A DNA stretch of 64,000 nt from the NCBI RefSeq assembly GCF_018977255.1, contig NW_024704743.1, positions 55,058,001 through 55,122,000 on the forward strand, read 5' to 3'. Below, in pieces: positions 39,195 to 51,889 of this stretch (within the stretch, counting starts at the first letter, position 1; the number at the start of each line of letters is the position of its first letter). This stretch comes from Callorhinchus milii. Taxonomy: Eukaryota. The position numbers and the translations under genes were made by a program. The notes under the pieces were generated by a model that was not told the DNA's origin, did no database searches, and worked only from the letters and a program-made list of their open reading frames with translations.

Positions 39195-39472
39195 TCAATT
39201 GAGATATTAAATCGAGGTCTCATCTACCTAGTCAGACAGACGTCAATGATTCTGTGGCACTATTCAAAAAGGGAAGGGAGCTTCTTCTGATGTCCTGACC
39301 AACAATACACTCCCAAATATTGGTCAATGACTGTTGTGGAGTATTGCTGTGCAAAAATTAGCTGTCACACTTACCTACAAATGCACAGTCACTACACCTT
39401 ACAGTAAACATTGTGAAGCACTTTGAGATGTTGATGATATGTGAAACCGCTAAATCATATGCAAGGATTATA
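39195..39472 (+). mobile_element. SINE family B fragment
   Basis: gagatattaaatcgagg...ggcactattcaaaaag...gaagcactttgagatg. Confidence 0.65.
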
Positions 39473-39609
39473 ACAACACATTTCTACAGTAATTTGGACT
39501 AGCAAAGCATTAATGGTAAAATCACAAATTCTGTCAAAAATGGCAGACTAGATGCTCAAAAGCAGAAAATGTTTTCAGCGCGCGAAACGCTGTGGATTTT
39601 AAAACTAAC

Positions 39610-40140
39610 AAGGGTGAGGTAGTGGCGGAGTCGGGCGATGTTACGGAGGTGAGCCAAGGCAAAGCAGATCATGGCTTGGATGTGGGGAAGAAAAGACAGT
39701 TGAGGGTCAGACAAGGCACCTGGGTTCCTGACTGGTTTGGTGAGTTGAAGTGTGCAACCATGGAGGTTGATGCTGCCAGAGCCTGAGGTGCTGAGGCGCT
39801 GGTGTGAGCCAATCAGGAGGGCCTCAGTCTTGTTCACATTCAACTGTAGGAAATTTGCCCTCATCCAGGACTTGATGTCCGACAGACAGTCTGTCAGGAC
39901 AGCAGTGGTCCTGGAGTTGAGGGTGGAGGCAGAAAGATAGAGTTGGATATCATCCGCATACATATGGAAGTTGACCCCATGTCTGCGGATGATGTCACCG
40001 AGGGGGAGAATGTAGATATTAAAGAGGAGAGGGCCAAGGACAGAGCCCTGGGGGATGCCAGACGTGACACTGCGGGGACTGGAGAGGAACCGTTAGAGGC
40101 ATCGAAGTGGAGACGGTGAGAGAGATAGGATTCGATCCAG
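39610..40140 (-). mobile_element. L2 LINE reverse-transcriptase fragment (inverted 5' part)
   Basis: PQGSVLGPLL and HMYADDIQLYLS...LQLNVNKTEALLIG...LRNIARLRHYLT; YADD catalytic motif. Confidence 0.95.
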
Positions 40141-40758
40141 GCAAGAAACTCTTGTTCACGCCTTCATCACCTTCAGGCTCGACTATGCAAATGCCCTGCT
40201 TGTCGGCCTTCCCAACTCCTCCCTCCACAGGCTGCAGATAATCCAGAACTCTGCAGCCCGTGTCCTCTCCCGCACCAAACTTCGTGACCCCATCTCCCCC
40301 ATTCTCGCCCGACTCCATTGGCTCCCTAACCTTCAGAGGATCCAGTTCAAGATCCTGGTCCTCACCTACAAAGCCCTTCATGGCCTCGCCCCACCCTACC
40401 TCTGCGACCTCCTAACCCCCTACCAACCCGCCCGCTCCCGCCGCTCAGCCGGCTCCGGGCTGCTCCACATCCCCCATCCCTCCCGTCCCACCATTGGCGG
40501 GAGAGCCTTCAGCCACTCTGCCCCCAAACTCTGGAATTCCATTCCCCAGTCACTCCGCCTCACCCCCTCCTTAGCCTCCTTCAAGTCCCACCTCAAAACC
40601 CTCCCCTTCGACCATGCCATCGGTCACCCTCCTTCCCTTCCCCTCCCTTCTCCCTCCATGACCCCAGCTCGGGTCTGAAATGCTGTACACTGTCCAGCGA
40701 CTTGAGACGTCCTCCCGACGTGAAAGGCGCTATACAAATGTAACCTTGTTGTTGTTGC
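40141..40758 (+). mobile_element. L2 LINE 3' part
   Basis: ETLVHAFITFRLDYANALLVGLPNSSLHRLQIIQNSAARVL...LHWLP; 3' UTR and (gtt)n tail. Confidence 0.95.
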
Positions 40759-40794
40759 TCAGGTACTAGAAGGGATGAATATTCTGGGTATAGT

Positions 40795-41492
40795 TGTTGG
40801 GATATAGGGATTCCCCTATAATCATTTAGAATAGAACAAGATTTTTAACATCTATTCTTTTAAGATATGTTTAATTAATTGTATTAACAGGCCAAAATGG
40901 CTGCCAAATTAGCTTTCTTACTAACGGAATGTGGCACAGGCTGGAACCATGGTACCTGTTAGCTCTCCTCTCTCCAGATGCACATTGCTAAGTGTTATTG
41001 TAACCTTGGGTACCAGCTAGAAATGGAGAGAAAAGGGTCTGCAAAACATCATGTGCTAGGCCTAGGAAGATAAGGCGTAGACTTCCCAATAGGCCAGTCC
41101 CGAATAACATCATTATAGAAAAGACAATGGAGACTCACCTTATCAACACCGGTCAGGCTGGCGCCAGGCCAATGATTGATTAGGATGAGTACGCGCAGGA
41201 CAAGTTGTGAGAGGGAAGAAGGTATCTGGCAAGAGTCCAGAAAAGGGTATAATTAGCGAAGAGAGAGAGAAGTTAGTTAGTCCCAGTTGGCAGGAGGGGA
41301 GCGAGGGAATTACACCAGGAAACTAGCGCGTGACGACAGCCAAGAAATTTTTCTTCCACTTTTGTTCTACGTGGATTAACCGGTACTTTGCTCTTCTTTA
41401 CATACTATTAAACTCACTGTCTTACAATAATTATTGCACCATCTTGGATTGTCGGGTCATATTTCGAATTCTAGGGATCGGAAATCCCAACA
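40795..41492 (+). mobile_element. Probable solo LTR (about 700 bp)
   Basis: 5'-TGTTGGGAT...ATCCCAACA-3' (TG..CA ends, perfect 9-bp inverted repeat); CCAAT 41169, TATAAT 41248 and ATTAAA 41407 in U3-R-U5 order. No clear TSD. Confidence 0.65.
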
Positions 41493-43039
41493 CAATGCTA
41501 CCTCAAAACTCCATTTACACTCGAGATAAATCTGTAGTTTTACATTGAAACAGAATTACCAAATTGATGGATTTAGCATTAAAAGCCTTTGGGTCAGAGT
41601 TGGCAGAAGGCCAAGGTTGGGCTTCAAAGTTGCTTACTCCAGTAATTGCCTTTGCTTCCCACATTGACAGGGTATACCTTCGGACACCTTTGTCTCACCT
41701 CCTCACAGAGCTGAGGAGGTGAGGCAAAGCCACTATGCCCCCCTCCTTCTGGAACTCTCAAGAAAAATCCCTCTGCCTTTCACAATTCCTCTCTGCTTCC
41801 AAATTCTTCTAAACTCTATCACTTCGACCATGCTATCATCCATTGTCCTATGCAAAATCTTACTGTTGGCTACACTGGTTTCATGCAACTGTCAACAACA
41901 CACTTTGAGAAGTCCTCCGGATGTGAAAGGCGCTATATCACATGTAAGGATGATACTTTGTCTAATACATGATTCAACGAACTATTTAAAAAAAAGTAAA
42001 TTTTGTGTTGAATTACCAGATAAAGGCTTTCATGCAGGTTGCACAGGAATAAAAAACAGTATAGAAAACTGTGTCACCATCATTCTATGTAACATTTGAC
42101 CCAGTGCAGAATGCTGAAGTGCAGAGGAAGCAGTTCTCTTACTTCCCCACGAATGACTGGTTTTGATGACTCAAGGTCCAAATCTTGTTGGGAACTAAAA
42201 TCCAGCTATATTTCTGCAATGTTGTCAATCCCCTTTATAAATTACACTCGTCTTGATGGCTTTAATAAACCTCAATAGGACCAACAATAGATATGTTTCA
42301 CAATTCACTTAAACATTGGATTGAAACTGTACGATATAACATCAGGCAAGAATAATGCGTACTACCCAGATAAAGAAACTACAGCAAGACTGAAAATGTT
42401 AATTGTGAAATTCGAGGCTGAAACCTTCTTTCCATGCTAAGGTTTTTGACAGCCAATTGACCTATAATTGACTTCAACAGTGGGGTTATAAAAGCACTCC
42501 CCAAGAAAGCATAAGATTACTAATTACTTGTAATCTGAAACAATACCTTACAAGATATACTTGCAAGCAGGAGAGTGGTGGCGGAGAAGATCACAGAGAC
42601 TATAATAATCCTTGTGTTTTATATTGCGTGTTTCACATCAGAAGGATGTTTACAGGATTTACTGTAAACTGTAATGACTGTGTATTTTGCTGCTTGTCCG
42701 TGCCCCCCTCCGTCCACCATCAATAGCCGAACATTCAGCAACTACACCCCCAATCTCTGGAACACACTCCTTCTACCCCTCTGTCTCAGCCCCTCTTGAT
42801 CCTTGTATAGAATCCCACTAGAATATAGGGGCATGCCAGGGCATAAAGGGATATATAGGCGAGGGTGAAATCTTTAAAATTTATTTATTGGGAGATAGTG
42901 AAACAGTGGAGTCTGGCGAGGGCAGGGTGTTAAGCTTGCAAAGTTTGGTGTGGGTGATCAACAAACACAACAACAAATTACATTTGTATACATTATAAAT
43001 TACATTTCACGTCAGGAGGATGTCCCAAGGCACATTGTA

Positions 43040-43697
43040 TTCTACATTCTGCAACATTGCCAGCCTCCGCCACTGCCTCACCCCTCAGGCTGCCGAGACC
43101 TTCACCCACACACTCGTCACATCAAGGCTCGATTATGGAAACTCCTTCCTCATCGGCCTTCCCAACTCTTCCCTTCACAAGCTGCAAATCATCCAAATCT
43201 CTGCAGCTTGTGTATTCTCGCGCACCAGGCTCCTTGACCCCATCACTCCCACCCTCGCCCGACTTCACTGGCTCCCCATCCCTCAGAGGATCGAATTCAA
43301 GATCCTCGTCCTCAATTTCAAGGTCACCCATGGCCTTGCCCCCTTCTACCTCTCTGACCTGCTGACTACCTACCAACCTGCCCGCTCCCTACGTTCAGCA
43401 GGCTCCGGTCCGCTCCATGTCTCTACCATCGGTGGCCGGGCTTTCAGCTTCTCTGCCCCCACACTCTGGAAGTCCATCCCACAGTCCCTTTGCCTCGCTT
43501 CCTCCTTTGCCTCCTACAAGGTGGGTCTCAAGATCCTCCTCTTCGATCGTTCCTTCAGTCACCCTCCCACCTCTCTGCCATCCCTCACCCCTACCCCACC
43601 CCTCCCCCATGCTTGGGTCCTGATCCCTGACTGTCCCGCACCTTGCGGCATCCTCCCGATATGAAAGGCGCTCTATAAATGTATATTGTTGTTATTG
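43040..43697 (+). mobile_element. L2 LINE 3' fragment
   Basis: ORF 43020-43664: NIASLRHCLTPQAAETFTHTLVTSRLDYGNS...LARLHWLPIPQRIEFKIL; L2 tail. Confidence 0.93.
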
Positions 43698-45402
43698 CAT
43701 CAGTTATTAAGTCTTCGTCTGTTCAAAGTGAATCTATAACTTTCAACTGCTACAACGGACCTTGAGAGTTAGGGTTCTGAACAACAGCAGCAGCATAATA
43801 CACTCATAAAGCCTTTCACATATGAATGAACGTCTCAAAGTAATTCGCTGAGACTACAGAAAGCACTAAGCAGGGAAGGAGAGGAGAGAGGAGAGGAAGG
43901 AGAATTTAAGGGCATCAACATGGTCAAAGAGATTTTGAGTGGTTTTGAAGGCAGAGAGAACAGGAGCAAGTTGAAAAAGGAGCAAATTGGATACTGTGGA
44001 ACAATAAAATAAGTGAAGTTTCAGCAGCTGTATGTTTTGACACTACCCTGGACCCTAAAGACCATTGTTATATGTGGATTGTTTTAGTGCTCAAAAGAGT
44101 ACCTGTGATATATTACAACATTTATAGCCATTCATCATCATGGGAGTCAAAGGCTGTGAGCACTGTTACTCCCTCCCCACAGCCTAACCATTTTAGCTAA
44201 GCAGTATTAGCACAGTAGGTATTGAGTTAATGAGACCTGGTTAACCACTGCTGGCCATAAGACATATTTTCCTCTCACTGCCCTTAAGGGTACATTTAAG
44301 TCTACAAATGACTTCTGTCCTGTGGCCATCGTTTTCACGGTCTGCTGCAGGAGAACATTTCTGCTCATGAAGCGGGGGGGATCTATTTTTATAAGTCTGC
44401 ATACACAGCTGGCGTCCTGCTCCACTCGAGACAATATTCCAAATAATAGGTTCTGGTCACTAGCCCAATTTCCTTCTAGTGGGGGTGGGGTTGGGGGGTA
44501 GAGAAAGAGAGAACACAAAACTAACCACAGGCTGCAGCCCATTAAATTATGCATTTTGGCCAAAAGAAGCTGCGCTTTAAATATCACCAGCTTTAAAGTG
44601 GCAGGAAAGTCTAAGGGAGGGGGGTGGGGTGGGGGGATGAGAGGGAGGATTTTCTGTTGAACCATTCCCTTTAGCTATGGAATAAATGCATATTGCAACA
44701 TTTACTTGATCATTACACAGTCCCTTCAGTTGCTGTGGAGGGTATGGAGCAGTGGGGGGAGGGGGGGGCGCGGGAAGGAAGCGATGGGAGGAGGGGTGGG
44801 GAGGAATGATTTCCCTCTTTCCTACCACTCCACCTCCCCGGTGGCCTCTGCAAAATTATTGCCTCCAAAAATCTGACAGTACTCCCCATCACGGAAGTAG
44901 GCGTTTAAAAGACATTGAGCAAATTCAGTCAGTATCCTGAGAACTAGCGCTCAAACACTACCTCCAAGATTTAAAAATCAAATCAAAAGAGATTCCAAAA
45001 ACCAGATGCCTGCATTTTTTTAAATAAAAATAATTTTTTGAAAATAAAAATAAGGTAACTCCAACAGTGCAGCGATCCCCCAACACTGCAATGGAAGTCA
45101 TTCAATGCCCTAACCATCATGTACAATATCACAAATTTCATCCCACCGTTCCTTCTATAGCTAGAAGAGGACTAATGCCCCATGACTTTCTCTCAACTTT
45201 AACAACATGCACACAATATAGAAAGGCACTAATAGATATGTTGCCTTTCCCTAGTACAATACTTTTAAAGGTGAAATAGAATTCCCACAGACAACTCTAT
45301 TGTGTCCTCAATAGCTCAGTATTTCAGTCTTGTTGAAATGACTTATCAGTGCAGAATTTTGATCCCCATCTTTGTCTTGTCTTTATTCAGAACCCATTTT
45401 AC

Positions 45403-45506
45403 CTGTAACAGGAGCTCTCCCTCCATAAAATCTTCAGAGGGTCTTGGCGCTCGGCAGTTTTCGTGGATACCGTTCCCATCTGGTCTCTTGTTTGATTTTA
45501 TCGAGA
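45403..45506 (-). CDS. AHR: AHR coding exon (equivalent to human exon 3; bHLH-PAS-A linker)
   Basis: Minus strand ttgtgtttccacag|TC TCG ATA...CTG TTA CAG|gtaaaa; 104 nt, phase 1 in, phase 0 out. Translates (V)SIKSNKRPDGNGIHENCRAPRPSEDFMEGELLLQ, resembling human AHR ...NGGQDNCRA...QEGEFLLQ; joins in frame to the next exon. Confidence 0.93.
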
Positions 45507-47226
45507 CTGTGGAAACACAAAAGTAGGAACAATGTTTATTGCCACAAAAACGATTCAAATGTTTCAGAATAAGGAACACAAAAGTATGGTTTTAAACAAT
45601 AATTCCTGAGCGCAGTACAAATCCCTCTTTCATTATCTCAATACATCATAAGTGTTAGAATTTTTCAACTGGACATCCTAGCAGATTTATTGGATGTCTA
45701 TTGTTCACCAAGCTTCTCTGAATCAAGTTTCAATTAAATAAAAGAGGCAAAAACTCACAGAAGTTGGACACCATTTGAACCCTCTACCCCAGCGCATGCA
45801 TGCAATCTGGAGCTGAGTTTTCAATTTACGGGATTGCCCATAAATTGATCCTGCCACAAAAAACAAATTGTAGAATTACAAAGCCTGTACAGCACCAAAA
45901 CATCCTACTCAGTCCCAGCGATCCATGCCAGATTTTATACTCTACATAAATCTCCATCTCTCCCAATCTCTTCTCCACTCTACTCCCTCAAGTATGCATT
46001 CCTTAAAACTCCTTGAAAGAGCTGCTAAAGACAAATCTGTATAAAAGTTGACAATAATGAAAGAGTCTTTTTAATCTTAGCTGTGAACATACCTCAAACT
46101 CAAGGCATTCACCAGTTGGTACAAGGATTCAGCCCTTTTAAACCTTATACCGAGATATCTAAATCCAAACAGATCCTGTTTTTGTTCCAATACTCCAACA
46201 CACCAGGTTGTTACAACTGTGAGTTTCCTACTTGTTGCAATAATTGCTTAATTCACAATTTGCTTATGTGATTTCAGTAAATCTTTAATAACACTATTTT
46301 ACTTTACTATGATTAACAAGGTTGGACTTATTATTCAAGATCAATTCTCATATAAAGCAACCTTCAATAAAAAAAAACCCACAGCATTCAAAATCCAAAG
46401 AGCCAAAATAAATACACAAGATCCTATTTTGGTCTCTTCATAATGCTGCATTTATACTGCAGTGTCACTGCTGACCAGGAATCTGCAATGAAAACAAAGC
46501 ACAATGCTGCCTATGAAAGTGCATAACACTGCTCCCTCCCCAGTTGAGTTTTCATCTCACCTTTGGTAGCAACAAAGCCTGACAGTACAGTAAAAGCTTT
46601 ACTCCATTCCCTCTCCTATGCTGTCTCTCGTGTCCCGGAAGCTGTGCTCTTTCAGCACTCCGCAATCGTACCCACGCATATAGCGCTCTGAGATGCCGTT
46701 CGGCGTGGAGGGTGCTATATAAATGCAAGCTGTTGTTGTTATAAATGTAAGTTGTTATTGATGTTCAGGTTGGGGACAAACTAAGCTATCAATCCACCCT
46801 CCAATGTGCTTTTGGAGCTGCTGGAGTGTACAAGATTTTGCTACAGATTGAAATAGATCCACCCAAATAGATGTTGAAAAATGTTTGACCGAAAATACCA
46901 TCTCACAGCTATTTGTGTGATGTTGCTGGTGCAGATTATGTACTGTGTTTGCTTAGATAATAAGTCACTGCACTTGAAAATCTCAATTATGTGCAAAGTG
47001 CTTTGAGACATTGACACAATAAGGCTCTATATCAAACTCAAGCATTAATTACTACAGTATTTAATTGTGCAAATGCTTGAATTTTGCTGCCAGTGATTTG
47101 CGAATCTACTCTGTCCTGCAGAATAAATAGAGTGCTGTAATCTATTGGAACCAGCTCTCAAATATCTAGTGAAACCACATGAAAGGGGAGAGACTGCTGC
47201 ACTGACAAGCACTCGGAAAGTTTCAG

Positions 47227-47503
47227 TTTGGGGGCTGAAAATCAGTTGACAACAGCCACAGGCTTCGTCAGCAGGCAGCTCGACTGAATCAGCAGGGAAA
47301 GAGGAGAGGGGAACCAACGACAGCCTCTTCAGTTCTGGACGCCAATCGGAGTTGTCAGCCACTCTGAAATTCAGCAACGACTGTCTGCTCGGCTCCAGAC
47401 TCGCATTTAGGATTAAAGTGGCCGATGCCTGCTGACTCACCCACCGAGTCAGTCCAAGGCTGTTGTCAGCTGAGTCGCTCGACAGCGACTTTCAACCACC
47501 AAA
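47227..47503. mobile_element. MITE-like palindromic element
   Basis: tttgggggctgaaa pairs with tttcaaccaccaaa (12/14); tcagttgacaacagcc pairs with ggctgttgtcagctga (15/16); CpG-rich relative to the flanks. Confidence 0.6.
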
Positions 47504-50071
47504 TATCAAGTCTCTACAAGATATCAGGGGGAGGACTAAAAGCAAAATATGTCCCACCATCAGAATTTAATAAACACTTTGCTGGAATAACTAACAGTGG
47601 ACTATTGCTCACAGCAAGACCCTCTCCCCCAGTAACATTTAACATTTATGTAGCTGCATGGTAAACTAATATTACTTTTGTAAATCTAACACATCCTCAT
47701 TCTAATGATTAGCCTCCCAACCATGCAGAATTTCCTCATTTGAGCATCTGAGATGGACCTTGAACATGGTGACGGAGAAAGCAAATTGGAGGGATTCTGG
47801 CATGTTGATCCAGAGAGTGGGGGCAGAATGGCTGGAAAAGAAGTTTAAATAGAGCTGATGAAAATACTCCATGGAAGGCCATAGTTTCTTCTTGCATGAG
47901 AATGCTACACTTGTAAAAGAATCCTCTGTTTCTTCCCCTCTTCTCCTACCCAATATTATTTCTCAGATCAAAGCATTCCTACAAGAAACAGACTTTGGAA
48001 GAGCGCATTCATATTCTCCCCTTCTCTCTCACTTTGGTCTCTGAAAGGTTAGCAGTAACTCTGGCATTCCGTCCTACCAGTTGCGTTTGTAAATTATGAG
48101 CAAAGCACTTTGTTGTTCATTGAACCATACTACTGTAAATGTCTAACAATGTAACTGCAGGATTTCCGATGCGCTCCATTCAGCTGAGCAATCAGTCAGT
48201 TAGAGTAAGGAAGTCTTGGGATAAAATTTTATGAAATATCCATCACAACAAAAATTGCATTTGTCCCACGTTTTGCTTTAAGTTAAATATCATATCCCAT
48301 TCTGCCTCCTATTTTGTACACCCATTTGCAGCAGACTGTGAAAGCACTATTAGTATGAGTGGAAGCACTATTTGTACAGCACTTTAGGAGCCATTAGGGT
48401 TTAGTTAGCATCTTTGCCGTGACAACTGAATGAAACTAATGTATGGTAATTCATGGTATAGCACATAGCAATAGTTGGGGCACAACATTTTAGCCCTTTG
48501 AATTCAGACTTTGCACTTCCAAACAAGGTAAGAGTTCAAATTAGGATTCAAATTAGGAATCGGCATTTTATATTTCCTACACATCTCCTCGGAAGATGTC
48601 TATGTATCTATAATGTGAATAGATTGAAACAATCCAACAGCATTTGTTCACTGGAGTGAAAATGACACTGCCACTGAATAGGAAGAAAATCAGTGCCTTG
48701 AGGCATTGAAAGACATTGTGTAGCAGCAGGGGCACCAATGCACTGTTAAACAATAATACTCAGCTCTCAGTTTAGATGGGAGGTTAGCAATTCTATAACA
48801 ATTTACTGTAAACATTGCAGCCTACTTCACCGCCAAGTCTTGTGAACACAAATTCAATGCAATTTATATAAGATGACAGCATTTGTCAAAGCAATCTTTA
48901 CGACAGTCAGCTAGGCTTTAATGAGACATATCTCTGTAGCATGAGATTCTTGAAGACATTTCAGTCCAAAACATAAATGTTTCTTTTATAATAGGGACAT
49001 TGATTGATAAGAACTGGTTGCAGAAATGACACCTTGCAATCAGGGAATTTATATAATTATAGTCAGGGAAAAAATACGTCTGCTGAGCTACAAAATCACA
49101 CTGAATCAATTCACTCGACTGCCAGAGCTCTGCAATTCAATGTCGTCAAATTTAGTTTCAAAATCCTAGCTCCCCTATGGCTCAACTAATAAAATCATTG
49201 CCTAGTGAAACTGAGCCATACAAACCCATGTTTAATCTCAGTCTGTGCTGAGTTAGCTAATCTCAGCCGAAGTGACAAGAGCTTAGTTTAGTGCAGCATC
49301 ACTCTTGAACTTTTATAGCACTTTATCACGTTACTGAGACATCTGAAAGAGCTTCACTGGATTTTACTGTGAAATTTAATGATTGGATTTTATACACAAA
49401 CAACTTAGGCAATTTGAACACAATAACCCACAAACAGCCATGAAGTGAATGGCCAATGTTATCCATGAGTTTGCTGGACAGGTCACCGAGAGAAACTCCC
49501 TTCTCTTTTCAAATAGTATTCTGGGTTCTTCAACATCCATCTGAACAGGCAAACTGGAATTTGGTTAAAATTTCATCCAAAGCCCGTAGGAAATATAAGA
49601 TGCTGATTCCTAATTTGAATCATTTTATTGCATCACCTACAGCAGTTGTAGATGGGTCTAAAATATAAGTAATGCTGCAGTTACAATGCATTAAACTCTC
49701 TACCGACGAGCTTCATACCACCAGTGAAATTTCTAATTGTACAGAACTAATGGAATAGCTGCAGGTAGTCTCACTACCATCCATTTCTTCTGAAATTAGC
49801 AGCATTACACAGTGTGCTTGAAATCACTGGAGTGCAGAACATCTCACTGCAGAATTGCCAAATATGCAATAGAACTAAGGGGCACTTCAGGAGATTTGAT
49901 CAGACAAGTAGTTTTTATTACAAATTAAGACCATTTTAAAAATATAAGAAAATTTAACCTCACTTCCAAATTCACAGTTCTTTGAATCTTTAAACTTCAG
50001 TTTAGATCCAGTTCACAAACTAACAGACCTGTCCAACTAACTGAAATTAACATTCTAGTGGAAATTCAAGT

Positions 50072-50436
50072 TATTAATAATAATCCTTGCATTTGATATA
50101 GTGCCTTATCATGTCTTCGAGACATCTCAAAGCACTTCACTGAATATACTGTGAAATTAATTTACTGTATATTTTGTGGGCAAAACGCGGTAGCCAATTG
50201 CGGACAGCAGTGTCCCATAAACAGTCGTGAATTTATTATTATTTTGACATTTTTTTGAAGGGATTATTACCTCTGGAAAAGCCAATCGACCAACAACCGG
50301 GTTCCTACTAATTGCTAGGTAAACAGAGGCATGTGAAGTAAGGAAACTTGCCCAAGGTTTCGCCCTGCCCAGGAATCAAACCCACGTCCTCCCGCTTACG
50401 AGGCAAGTGCTCTAACCACTTAAGCTATGACTCCAC
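50072..50436 (-). mobile_element. SINE family A, full length
   Basis: Reverse complement of head, body and tail. Confidence 0.9.
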
Positions 50437-50534
50437 TGAGGCCGGTCAATACTTAGAAACGTTATTTATATTCAACTGCATTTGTTTCTCCAACAGTACA
50501 AATATATATCCTACATGAAAGAACTCTCCAGTAT

Positions 50535-50890
50535 AACAACAACAACTTGCACTTATACAGCACTTTTCATTTAAGGAAAGGTCTCAAAGTGCTTTACAGA
50601 CGTGGAGTGGGAGCAGTGTTGGACATAAAGGGATGGAGGTGTCTGAAGTCTTATTCAAAAAAAGTAATTTGATTTGGAAAGGATCCAGAGAGTGTGGCAA
50701 AGAGGCTGAAAGCTCACCCACCAATGGAGGGTCAGAGGACATGGAGCAGGGCCAAAGTAACAGAGTGGAGTGTGTGGGTGTGGGAAATAGGAACAAAGGA
50801 GACTGCAGAGATAGGGTGTGGCAAAGGCATTTGAAAGTTATGAGATCTTAACAGTTGATTTGCTGATGAATAGAGAGTCTGTGCAGTCTG
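50535..50890 (-). mobile_element. L2 3' fragment, diverged
   Basis: caacaacaacttgcacttata tail; gaggctgaaagctcacccaccaatgg. Confidence 0.7.
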
Positions 50891-51199
50891 AGCGATGTGT
50901 TGCTCATTTTTTTAAAAAAATCAGGAAACAAACCCACCTCTGATAAACAATGCAGTGAATATTACACAATTGGTTTGCCTACATCTCAGATTATTTACCT
51001 ACCCTTCTGTCCATCTTCCAGACATTATAAAATGTCTGATTTTCCAACATATTTTCTGCTCTACTTATCCTTGGGCTAAATTGAGATTAATATTTTACCA
51101 CGAACTTTCAATTTAAATCTTCAGAATTGAACTGTACTGGAAAGGTGAAATATACAACTTCATCGATATCACTGAATTAATAATTAGTTTAATGCTATG

Positions 51200-51889
51200 A
51201 CTTGCATTTACATTTGATACAGCACCTTTCATGTCAAGAGGGTATCTCAAAGCACTTTACAGGATTCAATTTAATGTGTAGTGACTGCTGTCAATTTCAC
51301 ACATGATCAGTCATGAACTGAATGAATTTTATGTGGGATACTGTTGGTCAGAACACCAGGAGAAACTACCTTCTCTTTTCAAGTTGTACCACCAGATGTT
51401 TAACATCTACCTGAAAAAGCAGACAGGACTTCAGGATAATATCTCATCTCAAAGGACAGCACATCTGACAATGCAGTTCACCTCTGGCACTAAAATGGAA
51501 GGTAGGAACAGGAGTAAGCAATTCAGCCCATCAAGCTTGTCCCGCCATTCAATTAGATCATGGCTGATCTGAGCTGTACCTGAACTCCATTTACCTGCTT
51601 TTGCTCCATATCCCTTGATACCCTTACCTTACAAAAATCTATCTAGTCTTCACAGCCTTTTGGGGGAGAGTTCCAAATTTCCATTACACTTTGCGTGAAA
51701 AAGTACTTCCTGATTTCACAACAAATTGCCTAGCTCTAATTTTAAGATTATGCCCCTTGTTCTGGAATTCCCAACCAGAGTATCCAGTCTATACACCATG
51801 TAAATTCAAACGACACCCAACTTGGGACTCAAAACCATAGTCTTCTGACTCAGAGGCAAGAGTACTTCTAAATGAGACAAACTGACACC
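51200..51889 (-). mobile_element. SINE family B split by a CR1 3' fragment (about 51497-51790)
   Basis: SINE tail and body 51200-51475, head 51820-51889 (ttctgactcagaggcaagagt...ctgacacc); a CR1 3'UTR (attcagcccatc...gatcatggctgatctg) lies between them. Confidence 0.7.

Larger units (their letters stand above)
21064..45402 (-). other. AHR: AHR intron between exon-3 and exon-4 equivalents (24.3 kb)
   Basis: GT...AG bounded; the flanking exons splice in frame (...LLLQ|ALNG...). Confidence 0.9.

Noticed and set aside
39556..39963. YADD reverse transcriptase as a novel RT system
   Set aside because: An ordinary truncated L2 ORF2 fragment; only its inversion is notable.
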